A stretch of DNA of 63,935 nt, filler included, from Craspedostauros australis (lineage: Eukaryota): the NCBI GenBank assembly GCA_030167865.1. It is 6 parts of 6 records of this genome, joined end to end, with 100 filler letters (N's around TTAATTAATTAA, not from the genome) between each part and the next. Parts side by side here need not be neighbours in the genome. Positions count along the whole stretch, not along the records: positions 1 to 24,878 come from JALAGF010002066.1; positions 24,979 to 51,809 come from JALAGF010002070.1; 4 more parts are not named here. One strand, written 5' to 3'. The notes below the pieces were generated by a model. The model was not told the origin of the DNA. It saw only the letters and a program-made list of their open reading frames with translations, and made no database searches. Both the position numbers and the translations under genes were made by a program. Below are positions 13,214 to 25,765 of the stretch, piece after piece. Every line of letters starts with the position of its first letter. Position 1 is the first letter of the stretch.

Positions 13214-13241
13214 TGGTGGTGGTGGTGGTGGTGGTGGTGGT
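13214..13241. repeat. (GGT)n microsatellite
   Basis: Directly visible. Confidence 0.85.
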
Positions 13242-13707
13242 GAGGCTTGAAGGCAACAGCGATGCATGGTGGGGTGTACGAGTACGCCGCATTCATCAGA
13301 TGCTCTCAGCACTGTGTGTTCTCTCGGTCGGCGTCGCATCTCAAGCGAACAAGAGCGACTCCTTTCACCAGGGTTACGTAGCAGTCGCCAATTCCAGATT
13401 CTCCTGCGAACACCCATCGTCACAAAACCTTCCATCAAACTACCGCCTCCGAGTGCACTATCGATACCAAGAAGAATAAGAATAGAATCATGGTTCTTGC
13501 AAGCCCAAACCGGACGAATAAGACTGGTAGTGCTTGGAGCCTACTTGTACTAAGGTGTAGGAGTATGAAATCAGGCCAGAGTTTGGACGAATCGTTGCGA
13601 GGCCAGGTTGAAGTAGAGTGAAGTGGAATGAAACGGAATGGGTCGCAGTCTTCTTTTCTATCACGAATGGTGCCATGCTCCACTCCGTTCCTGCTCCTGC
13701 TCCTACT

Positions 13708-15666
13708 CTATGCAGATTTGATGGCATCAGCGATCGCCGCCTCGGCTGTGGCTTCGTCCGTCGGTGGGACCAATTCACCAAAGTTGAAGTCTTGCCATGT
13801 GATCATCTCGAACAATGTGATGTACCGTCTGGCCAATTCCAAGACCAAATCCCTTGGGGCATCCGGGATCTCCGCATCCTTGTAGGGATCGCAGTGTTTG
13901 CGGAACCAAAGTCTCAAGAATTCCTTGTCGATGTTCTCCGGTTCCATGCCTGCGGCGATGCGTTCTTGGTAGGAGTTTGCCAACCAGTACCGCGAGGAGT
14001 CAGGTGTGTGGACTTCATCGATGAGCAGGATTTCCCCGGTCTCGGCATCCTTGCCGAACTCGTATTTGGTGTCGACCAAGATGAGGCCGTGGTCGCTGGC
14101 GATCTTTTGGCCCAGCGCGAATATCTTCAAGGCTGCGTCGCGGCACACCTGCCAATCCTCGGCGGTCATCCATTTCTCCTTGATGATGTCTTCGGCGGAG
14201 ATTGGACGGTCGTGGTCTTCTTCTTTTGTGGTCGGCGTGATGATGTTGCTGGCCAGCTTCTGATTCTTCTTCATCCCCTCAGGCAGGGTGTGTCCGCAAT
14301 ACACACGCACACCATCCTGGTAGTTCTTCCAGATCGACGTCGAGGTGGACCCAGTCATATACGATCTGTGCAGCAAGAGCGTATAACCAACGGGTGTGCA
14401 CGTGCGTAGGTGGACATGTGACGTACAGTACAATACATGTAATTGCCCGTGTATGGTTGCAGTCGCATTCGAACGTTGCGCCACGTGACGGGTGTGTGTA
14501 GCAGTGGACCGGAGGTTCCCGATAGCGTAGTACAGCATGACATGACACAGTATGGCGAGAGTAGGGGGTTGAGCAAGTAGGTGGATCGGATTGGAAGTTG
14601 TTGGCGGTGGCGGTGTGAAGCGCAACGGTGTTTCCATCCACAAGAAAGAGAGAAGATGTAGATGGTGAGTAATCACATCACATCATTGTGCGTCAAGAAG
14701 GTCCAATACAAGCATAGGCTGATCTTGCAGATCGCAGTGACGCGTCTACACACGCTTTGGAAGGAGGGAGAATAGCAGGCACATCACGCGAACGCTGCTC
14801 AGGAGTGCGACCTCAAGTATCGTGCAAAAGGTCGAAGCAAAAGAACGCAGCAGACATGTCCCAGGTTGAAGCTGTGCGTACCTGACGACGAATTCGATCG
14901 GAAATGGCGTGCATTTCTTGACGATGCTGACGTAGGGGTGGGGCACCGACACGAGGTGATTCGGGATGATGGACTCGCTCTGTTGGAACCAAAAGGCGCT
15001 CGTCAAGTTGAGCACGGCGCCCTTGTAGGGCACCAAAGCAAGCTGCCGATCAAATCCCGATTGACGGTCTGTCGTGACGAGCGCCAAGAGGTTTGGCTTG
15101 GATGGGATCTCGTACCGGTCGCGGACCTTGCCGCGCGCACGATTCGGCAGGCCAACTTTGTCCCCGGTGATCACCAACCGCTGGGAGGTGTCGTCGTAGA
15201 CCTTGGCGATGTTGGTGCTGTACATGACGGATTGTGTTTGCAGCTGAGCGCTTGACACAAGCTCTGCTTGTTTGCGTTCCACGGAGACGCGCTGCAGCGT
15301 GGCAACCAAGTCAGGCGCACCGCTGAGGCTGCACATCTTGGCAATCTGCCATGGCCCTTCATCCGCGCAAGAGCCTTGGTCTGTATCCAAGACGATCAAG
15401 GGTGCGGTGGATTCTTTCCGGATGCTGAATGCAAGCGAATCGCAGACAGCGTCCTGCTTCGTGGTCCGCAGCATGACGAAGATGCATGTCGAACTTGGGG
15501 CTGCTGATGCGACCAAGCGCTCCAACGGAGCAGCGACGGATTGGTTGGTGACATTGGTGACACCGTACGTCTTCAAAAGCACGCTTGCCATGTCATCTGC
15601 TGCGCTCTTTGCCTCCGCATCGTTAGGTGGCAGCAGGACAATGATCTTTGGAATGGAAGCTGTCAT
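13708..15666 (-). CDS. purC: SAICAR synthetase (phosphoribosylaminoimidazole-succinocarboxamide synthase) with an extra N-terminal domain; 2 exons (15666-14882, 14365-13708)
   Basis: Motifs RGKVRDRY, LVTTDRQSGFD, KGAVLNLTSAFWF, IPNHL, PIEFVVR|SYMTGSTSTSIW, ITPTTK, GLILVDTKYEFG, LIDEVHTPDSSRYW, IDKEFLRLW. A GT..AG intron at 14881-14366 (ag|gtacgc...cacag|a) joins the two ORFs in frame. ATG at 15666 (15708 is GTG). Confidence 0.95.
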
Positions 15667-16722
15667 GTTTGAACTTCCGGATGTTGCCGTTTCAGTTGCC
15701 GACGTCACGATGCTACTGATGCTACGATGCTGCTGGTGTTGCTTCCGTTGCTGTGGCTGTTCAGTTGCGATATCTCAGGTATCTCTGCTCTCGTGCAATC
15801 TGCGATACGAGCGTGATCTTCGAGTTGAGTTGAGATGAGTTGAGTTGAGATGGGGCTGAGTGGGATGGGGTTGTCTGGCCGGTTGGTTGCGGAAGGCACT
15901 TATGGTCGTAGTCCTCTTGATGAATTACGGATTGAAAGCTGAAGCACGATCGAAGGTTGTTGCGAATACAATACAATACAAGACAATCAAATCAAATCAA
16001 ATCAACTCTGTCACAGTGGCTGCAACTCTGCGAGATATTGTTGGTCGCTTGTTGGTCGCCGTTGTTTCCTGTTGAGATGTGATGCAAGATGTGCGATGGT
16101 TGGCACCTCTGTTGGTTTGATGTCTTCTGGTTGCTGGTGATGTCTCGTGTCAGATTTGTTCTGTGGGATCTTGTGGTGGGTTGGTTTGTGTTTTTGTGCG
16201 TTCTTTTGTTTGGTGGGAGCAAGACCTCCCGTCGGTTCCACTACAGATGTAATGTATGTCGAATAATATGTTGCGAACCAACGCTCGGGAACCAACCGTT
16301 CCCTTCGCTGGAATCAATGTGGTCGACAATGACCTGAAACGTGTTTCAAACGTGGAAGGATAGACGTGATCATCGAATATAGACGTATTGAGGTCGTGTT
16401 TCCGAAATCGGGTGACTGCGGAAGGACGCAACCAAGTTCAAGAGTATTGGCAGTAGTACCAACATGAGACAGACACGAGCACTGCAGCTTCCTTTCGGTA
16501 TAGATTGGACGCTGGTAGCGATAGAAGACAGGCATCGGCACCACACAAGAAGATCGCTGACGTGTACTCATGGTATAAACAGTATTGCATGAGCCTATCG
16601 ATGTTGGAATGTGTAGTAGAATACAATATTTGATGTTGGTACGTAATAATGATATGTATAGTGTAGACAAACATTGAAGCAACGACGAAGCTTCCCGTGA
16701 TGTGGATGCCAACATGGGTTGA

Positions 16723-17250
16723 TCAAAACTTGGACGGCGGCAACCCGAGGACGATGACGCCGTTGATCAGGGCCAAGATGACACCAACCACAGCGACGCC
16801 GGCGCCGACATGGAAGGAGCAGTTCTCGCAGAGATCGGAGGAGAATAGGAAGAAGGTCATGCCGAGGCATCCCGAGCCGACGATGGACACCACCCCGATC
16901 ACCTTCATGACGATGGGGTAGTAGGACATGCAGCTCGTGCATATCAACGCGATCATGACGATCCCGAGGAGCAGGTTGGCGAAGGCGCCGAATATGCGCG
17001 AGGTTTTGTACGGTGCGTCGAGGAATGAATCCACATCATCTCTGCTGTAGAGGATGCAGGATAGATCCTCCGTGAGGTCCTCGCGTGAGAATGGCCCCAG
17101 ACCGAACTTGATCTCGTTCCCGCCTCTGCCGACGTCTGAGAAGATGGTATTGCCGCCATCGAATTCTGCCTGAACGAAGTAGCAGTTCCACGTCGCATTC
17201 TGGCTGAGGATGTATGTGATGATCGAAAGTATCATCGTCACGATGCTCAT
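16723..17250 (-). CDS. Small four-transmembrane protein with claudin-like topology; the 5' end may include an upstream exon
   Basis: Four hydrophobic segments; the first loop carries Cys residues and an FGLGPF motif, and a CxxC precedes TM4. A tactaat...caaacag element just upstream could be a 3' splice site. Confidence 0.7.
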   Translation of the reverse strand: MSIVTMILSIITYILSQNATWNCYFVQAEFDGGNTIFSDVGRGGNEIKFGLGPFSREDLTEDLSCILYSRDDVDSFLDAPYKTSRIFGAFANLLLGIVMIALICTSCMSYYPIVMKVIGVVSIVGSGCLGMTFFLFSSDLCENCSFHVGAGVAVVGVILALINGVIVLGLPPSKF

Positions 17251-19063
17251 TGGTGAGTGTGGATACACGCTGTTTGCCCATCATTGGTTGCATTAGTACA
17301 GGTCAAAGAACCACGAGGGTCAAGGATGGGCGGTGCCATGCAAGAATCCCGATCACGAGTATGAAAGGAGATGGTGAGCTGAGATGTCGGTGCTGTGCTG
17401 TGTGTTGGCATTGTTGTTGTTGTTGACATTGGTGTGTTGATGTTGATGTTGGGCTGCGGCAGCACATGCGGTTGCGCAACACTGAACAAGGTACGATGCG
17501 ATCAATCAGCTTGGACGAGAAGGAACATAGCATCGTCACTTGCACACTATCGCGCAAATCGCAGGAGAAAGTGAAGCAACAACAACGATGCTGACGACAT
17601 GTGCATAGGACGAAGAGCCAGCGAAGGAATGCGGAGTCTCCACCGAACTCACCAACATCCGTGCGAGGTGCAGTCGTTGCGTTTGTCGCTATCGTCGTGT
17701 TCATTGTGTTCATCGGGTGGTGATGTCTCCTGTCTCATGGTGATGTGTATGGTTCTCGTAGTGATGCGGTTGCGAGTGGGCACTTGCGGTATTGTATAGA
17801 GCGTAGTGTTCACGAGAGCGCGTGTTTGCTTCGAGGTGATAGCAGATTGTGTTGTGTGAAGTAGGTGGGTGAAACTGTGGAGCAGTAGAGTTGATCGCTT
17901 TTGATGCTATCTCTTTGTGGACGATTTTGTCGATGCCGATGAATCAGTATGCGCTGTGCTGTGTTGCGCTCTGGTAGCTCGTATAATACGTGTGCAAGTT
18001 TGGTCAAGCAAATTGCACCACGGACGGTTGGTGTTGATGCTGGAGAGCGTTGTGGTTGTTGCGTGATGCTCTGTGTTGTTGATGGCGGAGGAGTCACCTT
18101 TTGTGTGTCCGCACCATCACTCGTGGTCAGCACCAAGGCAGACATCTGCAGACGGAAGAGCAATTTTGGAGGTTCAGAAAATCATTCGCCGCACGCAAGA
18201 GGAGAGTTGATGACACGGAGAGGTGGAAGAGCGGTTGACAGGATTGCCCTGAATCAGTTAATCGCCGCCCTTGTGCCATGCGACCATGCGCTGTTGTCCT
18301 CTCTCTGCCTGGTTGTGTGTGTGGGTGGATGAGTGGATCTCTGTTTGGTGTGGGTGTTCGGTGGTTGGTCTTGGTTTGGGTTGATCCATGACACAAAGAG
18401 CAATGGCGGCTGTAACCATAACGGCAATGCGTGAAACGGAGAAGTGGTTGTTCGGTGATGCCTTCTCCGACAAGGGAACAAGATCTGGCGGTTTGGGACG
18501 GGTCATTCCAAATCGTGAAGAAAAGATACCTTTCCATTCGTTGCGACCAGATGTGTGTCACTAATCGAATCAACGGACCAAAACTTGCAGTCCCATCAAA
18601 CCGAGATTGAAAGGAACAATCCGGCCCAACGACAATTGGCATCACGGATTTTATATATGTAGAAGACACGTGAATGACATGCATTTGACACGAAGCAAGA
18701 CGACAAAATGACCCTTGCTGGCAAAAGCGACGATGGCGTCGGAGAAAAGGTCGTTCGCGGTTGCGCCGCTGTTGTTGGTTTGCGTTCCGCTGTTTCCTTC
18801 TCTTCTGCGCCCAAAGAAATGGAGGAGGCGAAAGCGCCAAAAGAACACGGTAACAGTTCAGCAACAGCGCACAGCAACAAAGCGCGCCAACAGAACAAGA
18901 AAAGCACAATCGAGAAAGCAAGGCAATCCTCTTCAGCCAGGAACTCAGGAGCTCACCATAGAGCACGACCTAGTCTATACTCCAGCGCACTTGGTACAAG
19001 CAACATATTACAGAACACAACAGATAGAGGATCACCGCATCGAATAACAGCCAGGAGAAGAAG

Positions 19064-20313
19064 ATGACGATGGAAGTGTCCGGATTGGTGCTCGTGAGGC
19101 GCGCAGCAGCATGTCTGTTGCTATCTTCGCTCGTGTTCACCTCCCGCTTGGCAGATGCGCAGGTGGCAAGTCCTGGATTCCAGGAACCAGACGGTCAGCG
19201 CCGTGATCAGACCTTCCGCGTGCTCAGCTTCGAGAACAGCAACATCCACCAGACGTACCCCGGCACACTGCGCTACTACTGCACGTTCCGTGGCAAGTGG
19301 TCGAAGTCACGCCAGCCTGTGGACTTCCCCAAATCAGCCAGCTGGTCCCAACCAGTCATGATCGCCCACTCGAACGGATACCGAATGTGGTCCGGCACGG
19401 AAACAGCGACTCTGGGAGTCGAGTCCATCGCAGAGGTAAGTGCAGGTTCATCGTCTATGTCCTATCTTTGCCTGTCGTTGTTTCCAAACCCAGCTCATCG
19501 TTCTCACATACTCCATTCCGTCCCGTATTTGGCTCTATACTTGTCTCTGTACTTGCCTACCCTACACACACACACGTACATACATATGCACACTGGTATG
19601 CATTCCATTCTGCTGCCGACCTGCAGGAGGGCTTTGCGACAGTCATCACCAACGAATTCACGAACGCCGGATCCGAGACCAAGCATCTCGTGATCGGCGA
19701 CCGCTTGTTCAACACGTCCGACAGCCAGCACTTGCCCCCCATCAACGTGACCTACACGCACCCATTCATGAGCGCGATGGTCAAGATGATCCCTTCCCCG
19801 GACTGGTTCGCCGGATTCAGCGACTGGCGCACCATCAACCCATCCACGGAGACCTTCTACAAGCGCATCGTCATCCAATCCTTCCCCTGGGACTGCGGCA
19901 CTGATGATGGCAAAACCTACACAGCCTTGGACCGCGATCTCGACCCGCAGCGCACCATCGCGCGCATCACCAAGACGAACGTACCACCCAACGGCCAGTT
20001 CCTGGATCCGCAGCGCAGCTACGTGCCCATCGTTGCGGAGTTCGAATGCAAGCTCCGCGTCGGCGAGGATGGAGAACCCGATCCCGGAACTGGCCTTCCA
20101 TGGAATGAGACCGAGTTCCGCCTGCCGCTCTACGAGGTTCGCGATGATGACATCATGCCGGATGGGCGCACCAGATTCGATCACGAGAGAGATCAGAAAA
20201 GGAAAGACGCGGGGGGATCCGGGGCAGCCGGAATCGCTCTGAAAGGGCGCGGCATGGCCGTCATGACGAGTGTTGTGTTTGTGACAACATGGTTGACAAC
20301 GGCCCTCTGGTAG
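19064..20313 (+). CDS. Secreted Spondin_N domain protein, probably GPI-anchored; 2 exons (19064-19435, 19627-20313)
   Basis: Signal peptide; Spondin_N motifs YYCTFRGKWS, HSNGYRMW, ATLGVESIAE|EG, MIPSPDWFAG, PWDCGTDDG.TY. A phase-0 GT..AG intron at 19436-19626 (gtaag...ctgcag). C-terminus has small residues (GGSGAAG) then a hydrophobic tail. Confidence 0.92.
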
Positions 20314-21512
20314 GACAGATCATCGTTCGACGCAAAGCATGATATAATGCTCCGCAAACGAGAATGTGAAGCCAGAGCAGAAGCAATCGTGCCCACGCAA
20401 AGAAACGAGCAGCAGTGCAAACCTGCAAACCAACCAAACGACTACACTTGAAAACGTGACTTGAAATATAACCATATCACTGCATTACTTTATGACACCA
20501 GGCTTCACTGCGAGAATCCTGTAGGCCGACGTTTGCATGTTGCTTGGTACCACGCCAAAGTATGCTCCATGTCTCCGAGCTATTCGTCAAGAGTCATGCC
20601 CGCAGGGTCAAAGAGAGGCTGCCCCGTCGGAACAATTGCGGTTATTGTTCGTTTCTTCTCAACGTTCGGAGTATGGTGCATTCTCCAAGTATGAGCAATG
20701 CATAGTGGTGTAGCAGGACAAGGGCTTGAGATTATCTTCATTTGGATGTTCAGACCATAAATCACGAACTTGATGGTGAGCATCGGCATCTGCTGCTGCC
20801 CTGGTAGCAAGCTTGCAGCTGCAGATTGTGCAGCCACGTCGTGTTCCTGCTCTTGTTTTGAAACGGTAGACAGTGCAGAACAAAAAACATGCACGAACAC
20901 AGACAGACATATGTTATGTCTGACTATTTGGCCCAATTGTTGCATCGCATGAAGGACACTCTATTGACGTCACAGGATGAATATCATATGGACGTTATTG
21001 ATGGTCGAGAAACGTCACAAAGCATTGAATTGATAGTTGTGTTGAACACTGACAGATATGAGTAGCTGCTGTGTTGATGACCGCGTCCACATGCATCGTT
21101 GCGACATGGGCGAAACACACATCTGATCTGCAGAACGCCCACACAATCCCGTGCGGCGCTCCAAAATCGCGAACCTGTGGATGTCACACGACTCCGCGCA
21201 CGGAAACAGGAATCAGTAGAGCCAACAGAACATCTTAGTTCATGTGGGGACATCGCAGCTCTTCGTCCGTCCACGCCTCCACGCCTTGCTGCCTCTCTGC
21301 GTTTCGTCCGTGCAGACACACTCATAATTCATCACGAGCCCCACATCAACGCACATCAATTCAATCCGACACAAAGCCTCCCCGAGAGCTACGAGCATTA
21401 TCCACGTACATCTATCATCCCAAACACTTCCACGCAAATTGAAGAACTCTGGGGCACCCCCAAGCACTCCCTAGCAAACTTGCAAACTCCAACAAGATCC
21501 ACACAACCACCT

Positions 21513-22160
21513 ATGGCCATCTCCCGGTTAAACATCGATAGTTCAAGTCTCCCTGTCTCTCCATCTCTCTTGACGGATGGATCGCAGGATCAATCGCAAC
21601 CCCGACAACTGCGAAAAGACAGATTAATGCGGCGAAAACAGCAGCAACGTCAGAGACAGCAGCAGCAAAAGCAACAGAAACAGAAACAAATCCAACAATC
21701 CCACGAGCGTACCCGCAAGAACAACCAACCTCCTCACGCGCATGTTTACTCTCCTTCGAGCCCAGACGCACGCAACACCAAGGCCAACAATTGGAAACAC
21801 ACCGAAGCGTCCCCATGCAGCGAATCATCGTGTGATGAGTGCCTTGCCTCCAGTGTCACGACAGTGAAAGGCGTCCTAGTTTCGCTCTCTGAACTCGTAT
21901 CCCTGCCTTCGCTGTCGCCTTCATCGCGATCATTGGCATCGCAATCGTTGGCGTCACACGACGCATTCGACTTGATGGCACCCTTGTCCGCAGATACACA
22001 TGTGCAGAGGACGCACACAAAGAAGCGCAGCATCGACATCCTCCAAGATCATTGCCGCGGCTTTGTGGATGATCAAGATCGCAACTTGAGGCACCACGAC
22101 AGGTCCACGGAACTGGGTTACTCCTATGATGAGGTCAACAATAAGTGGCGTTCAGCATGA
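21513..22160 (+). CDS. Hypothetical low-complexity (S/Q-rich) protein
   Basis: ATG at 21513 within the long ORF 21099..22160, after a C/A-rich leader; no recognisable domain. Confidence 0.5.
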   Translation: MAISRLNIDSSSLPVSPSLLTDGSQDQSQPRQLRKDRLMRRKQQQRQRQQQQKQQKQKQIQQSHERTRKNNQPPHAHVYSPSSPDARNTKANNWKHTEASPCSESSCDECLASSVTTVKGVLVSLSELVSLPSLSPSSRSLASQSLASHDAFDLMAPLSADTHVQRTHTKKRSIDILQDHCRGFVDDQDRNLRHHDRSTELGYSYDEVNNKWRSA

Positions 22161-23665
22161 GGATGATACAAGGACCTACGACGGAGCCAAGGCCCAAGCC
22201 TGCCCATCAGCACCGTGCATAGATCACAGCACCCCATGCATTGCTCGTCCACAGCAATCAGGAATCAGGTCATGCATACTCCAATGCAGAATAGAAAGAA
22301 GCATCATATTATATAATACTATGTATATTTCAGTATACATCTCAAGTTTGAGCTACTTGTGCCCCAGACATATGAGCCCATTCAGCAGCGGAAAACGTGC
22401 CTGGTCGGCCACTGTTGTGACAATTGTGCGATGATGTGTGGGTGTGCGTGGGCATGTGTCTGTACCAATACGAGTGGCATGCATGGTACAGCACCTCATG
22501 CCCCGGAGGATGTGACCAACACCCTCTCCAGTCTTTGCTGCAGGGGGGATGTTTGTGCAGAGATGACTGAGGACGAACCCTTCGTGACTTCAGTGATGAG
22601 TTTGGGAAGCCCCAAAGAAAAAAACTCACGATGGTGCCATCGCCGGTTGTCATGGATTGCAAATGCCGCGATGATTGCATGAGTGTGTTGTGATGTCTGA
22701 TCAGTTGTCGCGATGGTGCCGATACAAGAGTGGATGGTGTGGTTAGCGAACTCCTGAACGGGATCGATGGAGGCAAATGAACATCTCAGAAAACACGGCA
22801 CAAGCAGTCGTACCGTACTTCGCAATCAAGAGACAATGGCGAAGACTTCGCGAACATTCATGAAGACATCCATCCACACTTGAGGTTCCGATGCCGATAC
22901 GTACCACAAGATAAGCATGGATGTGAAGACATCATCAGAGTTGGCACGATGTTGCGTCGGAACATCCAATGCATTGGTGTGCGATTGTTCTGTGTTGTGT
23001 TGTGAGGCGTGTTTTCGCTTGGGCAACTCTCGACAGACACGAACACGATCTCCTTTTCGTGAGGTCTGGGACACTGCATGAGAACTTGATGATGTTGAAG
23101 GCGGTTTAGTCCATCGGATCGAGTTGGTTCCAGGTGAGGTGACATTGTGCGTTTGTGGAGAACGTTTGTGGGGACGTTGGTCGTGTCAAGACTGTTGATT
23201 CCTATCGTTAATTCGAATACAGGTCGTTGCTGTCTCTTAGTATTCGGTCATGAACGATGAGGATAATGTCGATTCATCGCACCCAATGCGATTCTGCTTG
23301 ATGGTTCGTGGAACATCCTCGCTGAGTTTTGTGGATTCCCGTTTGCGGGAATGAGTTGACAGGCACACGAAGAACAACACCGACCACAACGTCCAAGATC
23401 ACACCGCTGGAACCGAATACTGCACAGCCTCGACAGATGGAGGCTTGTTGATCGCGAGCGCGTTCGTGTACTTGTGCTCGAGCCAAATCCATGCAAATCG
23501 ACGCAAATCAAAGAGCGAAACACGGTCCATGTGATGCCACAATCAAGAAACACAACAACCCAAATTCTCATAAATCACATCTTGATTGACCACTCCGTCC
23601 AATTCTCAACAGCGCAACTCTCTCGACTCTCTGAACTTGCTCAACCTTGCCCAACCTTGCTCACC

Positions 23666-24598
23666 ATGAACTCTAACTTTGATGCATTCGCAACACCACC
23701 AGCCGGTTCCAACATGAACGCAGGCGCCAGCAACAGCCAGCAGATCGTTCCTGCCTTTGCGGCCCCACCAAACCCTTACCATCAGCAGGCGCATCAACAG
23801 GCGCAACAGGCGCAGCAGCAGTCCACTGGTTTCCATCAGATGGATCCGTTCGCCCCAGCTCCGCAGTCGCAGCCACAGATGCAGACGCAGCCAACAGCCG
23901 CAGTCAGCCCATTCATGACATCCACTCCAGCACCAGCCCCAACCCGCGACATGCTCGTCAGCACCGACTTCGCCGCTCCTTCTGTGATCGCACCATCCGC
24001 CTCTCAGGACGATCAGGATGTCTTTGCTCTCACCAGCACTGCTGCGAACAACAACAGTCCCAGCAGTTACAGTAACTACAGCAGCAGCTACGGTCAGGCA
24101 CAGCAAACAACAACACCAACGCCAGTATCCACCGATCTGGTTGCCACCGACAACAACACCAGCGGGTACTCTCAGGAATTCATCAAAGCCCAGGAGGATG
24201 CGCTCGCCAGATTCAAGCGCGGTCAGTCTAGGGCCAGAAGCGTCACTCCGCCAAGAGGAGCGCTCGTTCAGTACAACGGCAATGCCAATGGCAACGGAAG
24301 ATCCCTCTCCGCTCCAAGAACCCGCAATCCAAACGGATCCGACGCCGTCCACCCAGAGAAGAAAACCATGAAGCAACAGCGCAAGGCCAAGACCGTCGCA
24401 GGCGTGGCCGGCGGTGTCGTCTTTGGCACGTTAGTGGCAGGCCCAGTGGGCTTGGTGCTCGGCGGCCCCATCGGTGGATACGCGGCCAACAAGATCTCCA
24501 AGAACGGCGAGCGCCGTGCTCAGCGCAGGTTCGAGCAGAACAACTTCCAGCAGGCGGCCAAGAAGTCCGCAGCGGCCAAGGCAGGTGCCTTTGCTTAA
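23666..24598 (+). CDS. Hypothetical protein: disordered P/Q/A-rich N-terminus and C-terminal glycine-zipper-like hydrophobic segment
   Basis: accATG at 23666; coding-like codon usage; C-terminal KTVAGVAGGVVFGTLVAGPVGLVLGGPIGGYAANK followed by a basic helix. Confidence 0.8.
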   Translation: MNSNFDAFATPPAGSNMNAGASNSQQIVPAFAAPPNPYHQQAHQQAQQAQQQSTGFHQMDPFAPAPQSQPQMQTQPTAAVSPFMTSTPAPAPTRDMLVSTDFAAPSVIAPSASQDDQDVFALTSTAANNNSPSSYSNYSSSYGQAQQTTTPTPVSTDLVATDNNTSGYSQEFIKAQEDALARFKRGQSRARSVTPPRGALVQYNGNANGNGRSLSAPRTRNPNGSDAVHPEKKTMKQQRKAKTVAGVAGGVVFGTLVAGPVGLVLGGPIGGYAANKISKNGERRAQRRFEQNNFQQAAKKSAAAKAGAFA

Positions 24599-24878
24599 TT
24601 TCGAGCGCACGCTCCGCCGCATTCTCAGGTGCAACTGCAATCGCAGTTGCGCAGCAGTGGAGGACTCCGGACAATCTTCCACGTGAGGACACACGAGTAC
24701 ACACGAGTACAGCATGTGTACATAGAGTACTCCCATCGACTGGGCAGTACACACAGTATGCCATATCAAACCATACCGTACCATATCATACACACTTACA
24801 GCATCTGGTAGACCCCAATTTTCGTGTGGGGTCTTGACACTCTGCGTTCCATTCGCACACCAGAGCGAGGATCAGCAG

Positions 24879-24978
24879 NNNNNNNNNNNNNNNNNNNNNN
24901 NNNNNNNNNNNNNNNNNNNNNNTTAATTAATTAANNNNNNNNNNNNNNNNNNNNNNNNNNNNNNNNNNNNNNNNNNNN
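24879..24978. other. Artificial contig linker (44 N + TTAATTAATTAA + 44 N)
   Basis: An exact 100-bp structure with a six-frame stop spacer, repeated identically five times in the window. Confidence 0.97.
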
Positions 24979-25444
24979 CACAGCATTGCGTGCACGGACG
25001 CCAACATCAGCAGGGATGAGGAATGTCCTGCATTCACCCAAACATCGAAATCATCCGTCAACGGGCACAGCGGGTATAATGGGTACGATGGGAATGGATT
25101 CAGAAAGTACCAACAGCACCAACAGTATCAACAGTGTCAACAGTACCTCCGCCATGGAGCGTGGTTCATCTCGCACATCCACCAAAGACAACAACAATGC
25201 CAATGATGCCAACGAGGAATATCGTAAAAGGGGTGCACAGAAGCAGCTTCAGCAGCAGGGCAAGTTGTGGTCGATTGCGAAAAGTCGGTTCGGCATGTCC
25301 CAACATGATGGGAGCGAGATGCATCGGTACCTGCAGAGTCGCCTTTCCGCAATCGCTCATGACAACTGGGTTGGCCAATGCACGCATGGTCACTCGTGCA
25401 AGACTTCCAGCCGTCTTGTTTTGGAGTCGATGATGAAGGAATGA
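24979..25444 (+). CDS. Probable 3' fragment of a hypothetical protein truncated at the contig start
   Basis: Open frame from the contig edge to the stop at 25444, converging on the FAS1 gene; S/N/Q-rich with no recognisable domain. Confidence 0.4.
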
Positions 25445-25765
25445 CGAAGTGAAAGGATGAAGCCGAGAGAGTAAAGCTCTCTGACTCTCTCTGTTTCTCT
25501 CTCTCTCTCTCTCTCCACAATACGCACTCGTACGGAATAACACATAAGCGATATATTGCCATGTTCCTTTCCAATGCGCAAGCAAGCAGTTTCGCAAGTA
25601 CGGGTGGAGCATCAATGTTTACGTACGTACGACCTGTATGATTATTATTATACAATAGACTACCAATGTGTGTGATACTCTACTGTGCTGCACTATGGAA
25701 TACTATGCCTGTTGCACAACACTAGTCGTATAGTATGCGCACATGCATCATTCTCACGATGCATC

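Noticed and set aside
13618..14409. Long antisense ORFs over real genes (also 19504..20184, 23606..24376, 27086..27772, 51854..52510, 53184..53891, 63197..63748)
   Set aside because: Antisense shadows expected from biased codon usage; the opposite strand carries the recognisable protein.
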